From a virus: a DNA stretch of 64,000 nt. The position numbers and the translations under genes are program-made. This document shows, one piece after another, positions 55,588-64,000 of this stretch; the stretch's first letter is position 1, and every line of letters begins with the position of its first letter. The notes under the pieces were generated by a model. The model saw only the letters and a program-made list of their open reading frames with translations, was not told the origin of the DNA and ran no database searches. Location of the stretch: the IMG/VR virus record IMGVR_UViG_3300022843_000001, positions 134,786-198,785 of that record. The stretch is one strand, 5' to 3'.

Positions 55588-56718
55588 TTAGTTTGCACTT
55601 GTTACTTTTTTATACCAAGCGTCAAAATTTTCATCATTGTCGTCATCTAAATAATCGATGACACCTTTTTTACCAGCAGTAGAGGCTGTTGAACTAGCTG
55701 CTCTTTTGCTTTCAGCTTCTGATGATTCTTTACCAAATTTTGTCTCTGCCTCTTGTGCGCTTTTATTCAAGTCATCTACAGCGTTCTGGTTATTACCAGC
55801 TTCTATAGATTTTTGATAATCAGCACCTGCAAGAAGGTAGTAATCTAAACTAGATTTAGAATTTCCATCTAACATTTGTAACTTTGCTGCTTCAGGAGCT
55901 ACTTTAGCGTAGACACCTGATTTTATATCGTGATGCAGACCCATAATAATTTTAGGGTTGCCTGCAATAATTTTCCTAGATCCATCATCCCATTGATTGT
56001 CTATAACATCAACAGTTGTTTTGTACTCTGGGTCTTTAGATATAGAATCTTCAATCTCTGAAATTTCTAACTCAAAGTCTGATTTGCCGTAACTTTTAGA
56101 TTCATACGGTTCAGTCTCTTCATCAAAACTCAGATCACTGAGATCAATATCTCTATCAGAAGCCAATTTTTTAATAGCACCTTTGTCACCTTTAAGGATG
56201 TCTAAGGCTAAGTCAAATTGGTCTTGAGTAATACTTTCTTCTTCCAGTGCAGAGATCATCTTCCTGTAAGGAGCCATCTTCTGCATTTTTTGAGTGTAGT
56301 CCATTGCCTTACCGAACACACCTTCAAACTGGTCCATGATTTCTTCATCAGAGAATTCAAAGTCTTGACCATTAGCTTTAAACTTTCGTTTAATAATGTT
56401 TTTAACTTCTTCTACTTTCTTTTCAGAACCATCTTCAAGATCTTTATCAGTATCAAGTTCGTATTTATTTTCATTAATATTATCTGCGTCTGTATCAGAC
56501 TTTTTAGTATCTTCATCTAAAACTTTGCCATCAGATAAATTTTTATCACCAGAAGTTGTAGTATCCTCTTCAGATGTTGTTTCGTTACTGTTATCTTTAT
56601 TTCTAGATAACAACTCAGCTGCGTCTTCATTTCCTTCTTCACGACGAATTGCAGCCAGTGCATCAATAGGATCAATGTCGTTATCAAAAATTTCGTCTTC
56701 AGATAACTCGGTACTCAT
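55588..56718 (-). CDS. N4 gp57-like protein (scaffold / 'tape measure')
   Basis: Acidic N-terminus, FKANGQDF...MDYTQKMQ motif; directly upstream of MCP. Confidence 0.75.
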   Translation of the reverse strand: MSTELSEDEIFDNDIDPIDALAAIRREEGNEDAAELLSRNKDNSNETTSEEDTTTSGDKNLSDGKVLDEDTKKSDTDADNINENKYELDTDKDLEDGSEKKVEEVKNIIKRKFKANGQDFEFSDEEIMDQFEGVFGKAMDYTQKMQKMAPYRKMISALEEESITQDQFDLALDILKGDKGAIKKLASDRDIDLSDLSFDEETEPYESKSYGKSDFELEISEIEDSISKDPEYKTTVDVIDNQWDDGSRKIIAGNPKIIMGLHHDIKSGVYAKVAPEAAKLQMLDGNSKSSLDYYLLAGADYQKSIEAGNNQNAVDDLNKSAQEAETKFGKESSEAESKRAASSTASTAGKKGVIDYLDDDNDENFDAWYKKVTSAN

Positions 56719-57050
56719 TATTCAGTACCTTCAAGTTCTTCTTCATCTACTATTTCAGAGTTAAGAGCACCTGCGTAGTTATACTCAACCATCATAAAGA
56801 AATAACCTAAGTTACTGCCTGCCACTAGATCTTCCATAATAGCTGATCGTTCACCTCGTCTAATAACTCCGGGATCTGCTAACATACTAACAGAATCTAA
56901 TGCTTTATCTTTAAGATAACCATTAGTAATTACTCTTTGAAACTGAGAGTTATTTTTTAGCCAAGCTAAATCTTCTCCCATAGTAATGTGGTGTTCTGTT
57001 TCAATTGTTTCTAGCTCTACTTGATCTTGTTCTTCTGTCAGGCTACTCAT
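56718..57050 (-). CDS. N4 gp58-like protein
   Basis: FQRVITNGYLKD motif; synteny. Confidence 0.7.
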   Translation of the reverse strand: MSSLTEEQDQVELETIETEHHITMGEDLAWLKNNSQFQRVITNGYLKDKALDSVSMLADPGVIRRGERSAIMEDLVAGSNLGYFFMMVEYNYAGALNSEIVDEEELEGTE

Positions 57051-57103
57051 TAAGGAGTCCTATAGTTAAGTTATGTAAATAAGTTTTGTATTTATACTAT
57101 AAT

Positions 57104-59041
57104 TTAATTGGTTTGTAAACTATCAATAGATTTTAATCCTATTTGTGTGTCTCTATCATGATCTTTTTTGACTAGTTCATCAGATAAGTCTTCACCTGTA
57201 GCTTTTTTCATAAAGTCTAAATCTTTAACATCTGTGTCGGAATCGGTAAACCTAGCTTTAGCTTCAGCTAATACAGCATTCGCAGTTTTTAAACGAAGAT
57301 CAGCTGAGTTTTCTTCTGCTCTAGATTGTCTTTCTAGTATCTCCACTTTCTTTAACTGCAATTCAAGAGATTTCATTTCTTCTAAATATGGATCAGGCTC
57401 AGGTCTGTATTCTTCTATGGACTTTGCTACATCAGGCATTTTATGAAGTTTCATTATCTGAGCCATTATAATTTTACGTACACCGGGATCTTCATTAGGC
57501 CCATTAGTTTGAAGTAAGAAAGATAGTTCTTGGCTTTTAGCAGCATTATCTTCAGCTGTAGATACTTCAATATCTATATCTACTTCACCAGCTAAGTCAT
57601 CCCTTCTAATAGGAACATGTTGATCATTCGTTATACGTATTATTTCTTCTTCTTGTAGCCATACGGAGTTGTATGACATCCATTTACGCATAAGAGGTTT
57701 CATTAAGTTTTCAGCTACGTTTCTTACAATATCTAGTCTACGTACTGATACAGCATCTAATACTCCCCCTGCTGCTCTAGCAGTAGATCCTAGTCCTTGC
57801 CCGTTAATACCACCTGAGAAACTTTTAATACCTGTAATAGCATCTGTCTCGTTATTATTAAGTTCAAGCATAGAAAACATACTGTTAGGTAAGTTATTAT
57901 AAGAACCTTCATAAAAATCAGAAGAATTAGTGTTGTACTCAAAATTTCCTCCTGCAAGAAATCTTTTTTTGTTAAGTGTATCTAACGAACCTTTACGTAT
58001 ACCTTTCTGCCCATTATTGGAGTTAGCCATATTATCTATAGCACCACGTTTAATAGCAGTAGAGACTTTTTGGTTATCCCCTATCATTTCAGCGTTAGCT
58101 TCACCTGTCATTTGGAAAGGTATAGAATTATGTGCTACTACTAAAAAAGGTATTTTCTTATCAGGATAAGGATTACTTTCTAGCCTGATAATCACGTTGT
58201 TAACCCAAGTACAAATAATAGGTTTAGCAATACCTGTGCCATCTATATCGTAGTTTCCCCAATACTCATGAATAATAAGTTTCTTTCTAGGTTTATCTTT
58301 AAACTCAAAACTACTACCTTTCTTTTCGTGTTCAGGAGTATAGTCATCACTATCTCTAGCCATATCTTCAGATACTTTATTTAGTGCTTTATCGTTATAC
58401 TTTTTATTTACACGTAGGGTACTAAGGTCACTCTCATACCTATGTACCATAAACTGACACTTATCTAAGTCTCCTTGACAAGTAGGATCAATGTAGATGT
58501 CTTCTATACGACAAGTTTCTGCAAATGGTTTATTTACTAGTACTTTAAGTTCCTTTACTGTTTTGATACCTATTTGTACAGGTTTACCACTGTAAGGATC
58601 TAAATCATACACTGGGTAATCTTTTTCTACTTCTTCATCTTCGTAATCCCATGAACACTTAACAATTAGTGTGCCTTCAGTAGTAAGTAGTTTTATGCTA
58701 TCCGTAATAAACTTGTACCTATTAAACTTACGAGTAAATTGGTAGTTTAGTATTAACTGGTTCTGTTCTGCTGCTTGACGATCTTCAGCTGTAATAGGAG
58801 TACATTTAACAATGTCTGCTGAAGATAGAAAAGGGTCTTTAAGAGAAGCATGTTGCCACTCGTCCTGACGCTTTATATCTCTCGATACTATCTTCGATTT
58901 ACCCTTCTGCTCATTACCATAAGGTTCACCGTTATACTCTTTCTTCCAAGTTTCTACCTTAGAGACAGTTTCTAGTCTAAGGCTGTCAGCACTTGTAAGG
59001 TCATCTTTTAAACTTGATAATATTTTTGCTTTGTCTACCAT
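57104..59041 (-). CDS. Portal protein (N4 gp59-like)
   Basis: 645 aa; GKSKIVSRDIKRQDEWQHASLKDPF, IDPTCQGD, GQKGIRKG. Confidence 0.92.
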   Translation of the reverse strand: MVDKAKILSSLKDDLTSADSLRLETVSKVETWKKEYNGEPYGNEQKGKSKIVSRDIKRQDEWQHASLKDPFLSSADIVKCTPITAEDRQAAEQNQLILNYQFTRKFNRYKFITDSIKLLTTEGTLIVKCSWDYEDEEVEKDYPVYDLDPYSGKPVQIGIKTVKELKVLVNKPFAETCRIEDIYIDPTCQGDLDKCQFMVHRYESDLSTLRVNKKYNDKALNKVSEDMARDSDDYTPEHEKKGSSFEFKDKPRKKLIIHEYWGNYDIDGTGIAKPIICTWVNNVIIRLESNPYPDKKIPFLVVAHNSIPFQMTGEANAEMIGDNQKVSTAIKRGAIDNMANSNNGQKGIRKGSLDTLNKKRFLAGGNFEYNTNSSDFYEGSYNNLPNSMFSMLELNNNETDAITGIKSFSGGINGQGLGSTARAAGGVLDAVSVRRLDIVRNVAENLMKPLMRKWMSYNSVWLQEEEIIRITNDQHVPIRRDDLAGEVDIDIEVSTAEDNAAKSQELSFLLQTNGPNEDPGVRKIIMAQIMKLHKMPDVAKSIEEYRPEPDPYLEEMKSLELQLKKVEILERQSRAEENSADLRLKTANAVLAEAKARFTDSDTDVKDLDFMKKATGEDLSDELVKKDHDRDTQIGLKSIDSLQTN

Positions 59042-59271
59042 GTTAAAACCTAAAGGTTGTCTTTTACAACAAATTTTTCAATACTAAAAGATCCTGTCCA
59101 TGTAACTAGTGCATTTAAACCACCAATTAACATGTAGACTTGTGTTGTTGTGGTCATTTAATGTCCTTACTAACGATAGACATATTCAATTTAACAAAAC
59201 TAGTGGGCATAGTAATAAATGTCTCTAGGACTAACAGGTTACTTGTTTTTATAGTCACTATGTTAGGAGTT

Positions 59272-59475
59272 TTAACTAACATTATTTTCTCTCTGGTACT
59301 TCATCTTAAACCATATAGTAAACCCAGCCATACCAAGCGTGGTTACTATACCTATAAGAACTCCTAAAATTCCCCACTCTGCTGCGTTTAACCCAAATAA
59401 CACTGTACCGCCACCTGCTACATACGTTGATGTGTTCAGCCAGTTGGCTATATTTTGTAATATGTCATCTTTCAT
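59272..59475 (-). CDS. Putative holin
   Basis: 67 aa, two hydrophobic segments, basic C-terminus, in lysis cluster. Confidence 0.6.
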   Translation of the reverse strand: MKDDILQNIANWLNTSTYVAGGGTVLFGLNAAEWGILGVLIGIVTTLGMAGFTIWFKMKYQRENNVS

Positions 59476-59972
59476 TATTTGGCTACTCTATCTTTGTTAG
59501 CACTGCTTCTGGTTGTTCCGACCCAGTATGCGATTGAAGCCATCCATGCTGCTACGATCTGACCAACAAGCATGTTTAACATCTGATCATTACCAATAGG
59601 AATTGGTGCAAATATCAAAGCCAGTGTGATGACAGTTACAACTATCGATAGGCCGATACAGATAGCTGCTGGCATTCGACTGTGTTTGTGTGCTGATCTG
59701 GCATTTTGAGTATCCCCTAGCTCAGAGGCAACCAGCTCGTTATCAAGCTCTTTCATTCGTATCTTGAAAGAGTTGTTAGCTTGAGTCACTTTCAACATCA
59801 TCTCAGGACTGGCTTCTTCTACTGCTACACGCAACTGTTCTTCATTTGATACTACGCCACCAGTAGCATCTGATATAGCTCTAATAGCTAATTGGGGCAG
59901 TGTGGCTCCACCAGATAATACTGCTGCTGCTATATCGGGAGCGTAACTTGTAAGTTTTTTTAACCAGTCCAT
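59475..59972 (-). CDS. Holin-like membrane protein
   Basis: N-terminal APDIAAAVLSGG, C-terminal two TM helices ending YWVGTTRSS. Confidence 0.6.
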   Translation of the reverse strand: MDWLKKLTSYAPDIAAAVLSGGATLPQLAIRAISDATGGVVSNEEQLRVAVEEASPEMMLKVTQANNSFKIRMKELDNELVASELGDTQNARSAHKHSRMPAAICIGLSIVVTVITLALIFAPIPIGNDQMLNMLVGQIVAAWMASIAYWVGTTRSSANKDRVAK

Positions 59973-59974
59973 AA

Positions 59975-60415
59975 TTACACTCCAACTATTTCAAAGTGTA
60001 CTAAGTCTTCAAATGTCTGATCACCAACATCATTATCCATGTCCCAATCACCACCCCATCTTAATTTGTAAGCTATAGCTCCGTCAAGGTATAAAGCGTC
60101 TGCAACACCGATAACGTAAAAAGCAAAATAACGAAATTTTTCGTATTCGTTTCTATTACCTTCTCCCCACTTTTTTGGAATAGGGTAAGGGCTAACGTCT
60201 AAAGCCATTGATGGAACAGAGTTATGTTTACTATTAGGCCATTTAACTTTAGACAGTTTAGGTTTGTTACTAAACATTTTTGTTTGGTCTGCTTCGTTTC
60301 TATGTCCAGTTAAAATAGTGTTGTCCCAACCTTGCAAAACAGTTTTAAAAATAAGCTGTAAATCAGGATGAGCCTGCAGTAATTTACTTTCTGAATTTTT
60401 GCTGTACTTGTTCAT
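59975..60415 (-). CDS. Endolysin, M15 L-Ala-D-Glu peptidase
   Basis: GHR...Q, SKHN...ALD, WGGDW, DLVHFE. Confidence 0.9.
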   Translation of the reverse strand: MNKYSKNSESKLLQAHPDLQLIFKTVLQGWDNTILTGHRNEADQTKMFSNKPKLSKVKWPNSKHNSVPSMALDVSPYPIPKKWGEGNRNEYEKFRYFAFYVIGVADALYLDGAIAYKLRWGGDWDMDNDVGDQTFEDLVHFEIVGV

Positions 60416-60418
60416 AAA

Positions 60419-60799
60419 TTAAAGTCCTTCAGTTATATGAATGTCAATTAATTCTTGTTCAGTAGTGCAGTCATTAATGTCTATTTGCATAGCGTCATCA
60501 GCGTTACGAATAACTAGTCTATCAGCTTCTGCTTGAGTAGCATCATTTCCGGGAATTTGTAACGCTATAATAGCGTCTAATGGTGCAAATGCTAATTGTC
60601 GTTGTACTCTACGTAAATCATGTGTAATTAGTTTAGCAGAATCTATATTTGTTACCACCGCGTCACCTACAATTCTCCATGCTGAACGAAAAACGCTATC
60701 GGGTACTGACTCCACCTCTTTCCATGTTGCACCTTCAGGGATTGAGGACTGCTTTGAGCAAATCGCAACGGTGTTGTCTTCTTGTTGATATACGTACAT
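60419..60799 (-). CDS. Tail-fibre-associated small protein
   Basis: FRSAWRI...AKLITHDLRR...LD pattern of fibre assembly-type proteins. Confidence 0.55.
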   Translation of the reverse strand: MYVYQQEDNTVAICSKQSSIPEGATWKEVESVPDSVFRSAWRIVGDAVVTNIDSAKLITHDLRRVQRQLAFAPLDAIIALQIPGNDATQAEADRLVIRNADDAMQIDINDCTTEQELIDIHITEGL

Positions 60800-61284
60800 T
60801 AATGCTTCCTCAAATAGTTAATAGCCTTCTCAAGAAGCCCTATATTATCTTTAAAATGGCCTAAAGCAAAGTTACAGCTTATACATAACAAGCCTCTAAC
60901 CTCACCTGTTATGTGGTCATGGTCTACGTTTAAGCTCTTAGTGCAGTCATCTTCATGTACATTACATATTAAACATGAGTAATCCTGACTTACCAGCATA
61001 CTCGTATAGTCATCGTAGGTTATGCCATAGTTTTTCTTTAACCTAGTATTGGCTACTTGCCTTGGGTTAGCTTTATACCATGCCTTAGCCCTGCTGCTGA
61101 CCTTATCTTTTCTACTGTCGTCATAGGCGATATACTGATAGTTGCGACAAGGAATGCATATATTCCTATATCCATGCTTTGATCCCTTATCAATAACAAA
61201 GCCTTTAAGATCTTCCGCAGTATGAGCCGACTTATCACAAGAAGGGCAGGTTCTTAGTGCTTCCATCTTATGATTTACCTCCAA
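60799..61284 (-). CDS. Endonuclease VII-like HNH homing endonuclease
   Basis: YGIT...CLIC...LNVDHDHITGEVRGLLCISCN. Confidence 0.85.
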   Translation of the reverse strand: MEVNHKMEALRTCPSCDKSAHTAEDLKGFVIDKGSKHGYRNICIPCRNYQYIAYDDSRKDKVSSRAKAWYKANPRQVANTRLKKNYGITYDDYTSMLVSQDYSCLICNVHEDDCTKSLNVDHDHITGEVRGLLCISCNFALGHFKDNIGLLEKAINYLRKH

Positions 61285-63610
61285 ATACAGAAAGGCACAC
61301 TAGATCATAGTCGTTTCCGGCTTGCCCTTGGTTATAGATTTTTACCTTTACAGAATTTTTATCGTGTGATAATGCTCTGTTATCATACCCAGTCGCGGCC
61401 AGAGTATATGCATATCCAAAACTGTCCATAGGTGTGTCAAAGACAATCTTATAATTGCCAGTCCCTAAATCAACCACATCAGACACATTATAACTATCAC
61501 GAATCAAAGGTGGGTTTTGAGTCCCATCGAAATTAACCCAAGCAGTCGCAACACCAATGTTCTTAATCTCACCATGAACTGTCAAGTCACCATGCGCTTC
61601 AACATCATTAAACCGTTGCTTGGCAACAGGCATATTGGCGAGTGTAGAGTTGATTACATCACCATCAGAATCCGTCCTGAACTCTGCTAGATACGTGCGG
61701 TTTATTGCTGTGCCACTAGAGTTGTACATTTTACCAGCGTCGATTAGGTAGTAATCTGACGGGAGGATTGTGTTAAACTCTAGTTCTGTTATAGCTGTAT
61801 AAGTTGAGTCCCCCGAGTTATTTGTAATGTTAATACGATGATATAAATAAGCTGTAGTGTTGCTGCCAGTTAAGTTGATGTCTCCCCACAAGTACACTCC
61901 GTTGCCTAAGTAGTCATTAGCAGTATAAGTTGAATCAATAGCCGTCCAGCTGAAACCATTATGAGAACCTTCAATAGTAAACCTTTTAGGTACTCTATCT
62001 ACATCACTACCTTCGCGTAGTCTCCATGACTTAATAATGCGAGGCTCTACTCCCTTATACTGTAACCACGATAGAGTTGATGTAGTTGCATACCATTCAA
62101 CCCCTGTTACGCCTACAATATCGTTAGAGTCTTTGTTAAAGGCTTTATAAGCCTCGTAACCTGCGCCTCTTTCACCACTAGCACTAACAACACCTGTCGA
62201 ACTTTCATAATCAAAGTGTTTAGCAGTAGTCCTTAGACTTGCATCCAGTGGACTAACCTCACCCCACTTGTCTGCATCATTTCGAGTGATACCTTCTAGT
62301 GGTCTGTTTTCAGTTACACCATACGAACCACCTAAGTCTTTATAGATGTAGTAGTGCTTATTCTCATGTCCTGCACCTAATGCATACGTTACACCAGATC
62401 CTACGTTTTCTTTACTATCTACTTGACCATTCGCATCAAAACCTTGAGCAAATGATATGAGTGTGTTCTGAGCAATTGATAAAGTGTCAGCAGTTGTTGG
62501 GTACGTGTAGTCTGAGTTTGTGTACGTGTTTGTAGATGCACCACCAGTAGATGACTCTGCATAGGCCATGAATAGGTATTCGTTGTTTAACGAATTTACT
62601 GTGCCATGAGCATCTTTAAGTACAAACCCATTATCGGTAAACTCTTTAATCGCTATATATGTCTCGGCATTTGCTGAATTAGCGTATAAATCTGACGTAT
62701 CGCCTCTTGTACTATCCCAAATGTACCAATCAGAGGTGCTAGTCATATTCTTAATTATCACCCACGCAGGTTTAAAACCACAGTCCACATAGTTACCAGC
62801 AGCACCAATGCCGATATACTTGCCTATTTTGGAGACGTTGGGGACTGATGCGAAGTGGTAGGATATGTAATTCTCTGTGGCAGCATTAATCCAAGAGTGG
62901 GAACCTATTTGTAAAGTTTCTTTTGAAAATAAAGCAGTTAAGTTAGTGGTGGTATTAAGTGCATCTGTGCCATTTAAACGTAAATATTGATTTGGAAACA
63001 ACGGAGAATGCACAACCCAATGTTCTGAACCGTCACCTTCTCTATCTTTAGAAATACTCCACTCAGACTTAACACCCAAATGATACGGTATCTCATGCCC
63101 ATCTTCACCATCACCCTCGTAACCAACAATAGAGAAACCTAAGTCTGGGTTGTAGTGACAAGTGTATGCCTTGTTACGATTAGTTGTGCCAGTGACTTTC
63201 TTAGTTGTCTGCCATGACCATGAGGCGAACTTGTCGGCATTGGCGTTTGCTGAACCAGACGTTCCTACAGTAAAGCCATCATTATCAAAAGATTCTAGCG
63301 TGGTTGTTGCGTTAGTTATTTCACTATTAGTTGTATCACTAACTAAATACTGTAGATTTCCTCTAACTGTATCCATTATTCTGTGACTATTAGTACCATC
63401 GCGATTCTTAATCCAAACAAGCCCACCAAAGTCACCAGTGTCCATATCAAGGCCAGTGTTGATCGCATGACTACTTGACCCATCACCAGTGTATATGGCA
63501 GCACTAAAACCTGATTGCGTGGACTCACCTTGAGTTACCGCTGTTTGATTTAGAGTTGTGCTTCTAACAACAGATTCGGTACTATTTGCTAACTTTCTTG
63601 CTTTACTCAT
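61268..63610 (-). CDS. Tail fibre/receptor-binding protein (780 aa, multi-domain)
   Basis: Three related beta repeats (GFSAAIYTGDG / GFSIVGYEGDG / SKIGKYIGIG), discoidin-like PKRFTIEGS...W domain, C-terminal AWVNFDG domain. Confidence 0.75.
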   Translation of the reverse strand: MSKARKLANSTESVVRSTTLNQTAVTQGESTQSGFSAAIYTGDGSSSHAINTGLDMDTGDFGGLVWIKNRDGTNSHRIMDTVRGNLQYLVSDTTNSEITNATTTLESFDNDGFTVGTSGSANANADKFASWSWQTTKKVTGTTNRNKAYTCHYNPDLGFSIVGYEGDGEDGHEIPYHLGVKSEWSISKDREGDGSEHWVVHSPLFPNQYLRLNGTDALNTTTNLTALFSKETLQIGSHSWINAATENYISYHFASVPNVSKIGKYIGIGAAGNYVDCGFKPAWVIIKNMTSTSDWYIWDSTRGDTSDLYANSANAETYIAIKEFTDNGFVLKDAHGTVNSLNNEYLFMAYAESSTGGASTNTYTNSDYTYPTTADTLSIAQNTLISFAQGFDANGQVDSKENVGSGVTYALGAGHENKHYYIYKDLGGSYGVTENRPLEGITRNDADKWGEVSPLDASLRTTAKHFDYESSTGVVSASGERGAGYEAYKAFNKDSNDIVGVTGVEWYATTSTLSWLQYKGVEPRIIKSWRLREGSDVDRVPKRFTIEGSHNGFSWTAIDSTYTANDYLGNGVYLWGDINLTGSNTTAYLYHRINITNNSGDSTYTAITELEFNTILPSDYYLIDAGKMYNSSGTAINRTYLAEFRTDSDGDVINSTLANMPVAKQRFNDVEAHGDLTVHGEIKNIGVATAWVNFDGTQNPPLIRDSYNVSDVVDLGTGNYKIVFDTPMDSFGYAYTLAATGYDNRALSHDKNSVKVKIYNQGQAGNDYDLVCLSVFGGKS

Positions 63611-63741
63611 TATGTGTCACCTGTGATTATTGCGACTCTCGCCGCTGATCTAGCGTCTGTAATATTAGTAGGCACTGGCTCACCACTATCTACGTCACAA
63701 CTTATATACCAGTTAGCTGTTATGCAGTTTATAAGTTCCAT
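63610..63741 (-). CDS. Small tail-associated peptide (43 aa)
   Basis: MELINCITANWYISCDVDSGEPVPTNITDARSAARVAII; AAGGA RBS, TAATG coupling. Confidence 0.45.
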   Translation of the reverse strand: MELINCITANWYISCDVDSGEPVPTNITDARSAARVAIITGDT

Positions 63742-63846
63742 GTGTTCCTTTTAGTTTCCTCTCGGTAAGTGCTTTAAAAGATTCTTTCAACTCGTTAAAT
63801 AAGTTACGTTTGGCGGTATCGCTCACTTAGGATGCTCCATCTGTTA

Positions 63847-63999
63847 TTAACCAGCTGTGTAACCGTTGCCTGTAGTGATAGCGCTATCTGCGTCTACCAT
63901 ACTTTCGTTGCCCCAATCGTCTTTTGCTTTCATTAAGACAAGATGCTCGACATTTCTATCTACACATGATTGTCTTTCTTCAGCGGTCTCATCGACCAT
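63847..63999 (-). CDS. Small tail-associated protein (may extend beyond window)
   Basis: MVDETAEERQSCVDRNVEHLVLMKAKDDWG...GNGYTAG. Confidence 0.55.
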   Translation of the reverse strand: MVDETAEERQSCVDRNVEHLVLMKAKDDWGNESMVDADSAITTGNGYTAG

Positions 64000-64000
64000 T

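Noticed and set aside
1222-63386. Numerous antisense/alternate-frame ORFs nested in long genes (e.g. 1222, 9168, 32100, 41150, 45349, 46753, 56396)
   Set aside because: Shadow ORFs of strongly coding opposite strands; no RBS or motifs
61268-63610. Diversity-generating retroelement acting on the fibre
   Set aside because: No reverse transcriptase and no template/variable repeat pair noticed

Overview
The window covers most of a circularly permuted, AT-rich podovirus-type dsDNA phage genome with an N4/Schitoviridae-like virion module. The minus strand (37.9-64 kb, continuing at 1-7.2 kb) carries the late arm: tail fibre genes, lysis genes, portal, capsid, ejection proteins, virion RNA polymerase and terminase. 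It ends in an acb2 + Tad2-like anti-defence pair and four canonical tRNAs. The plus strand (7.7-37.9 kb) carries the early/middle arm: a single-chain T7-type RNA polymerase, many small accessory ORFs, RNA-repair enzymes, an SF1 helicase, a MoxR-type ATPase, helicase and primase as separate genes, a family-A DNA polymerase split into exonuclease and polymerase genes, a PD-(D/E)xK nuclease, an AAA protein and a probable SSB. The most unusual items are: (i) an acyl-carrier-protein-like gene plus a GNAT-like gene inside the virion operon, upstream of Met-Gly-starting virion proteins; (ii) an apparently split virion RNAP (1019 + 2103 aa) whose only two cysteines flank the junction; (iii) several non-canonical tRNA-like RNAs; (iv) a Tyr-to-His change in motif B of the single-chain RNAP. 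All family assignments come from motif recognition by eye; no database search was run.
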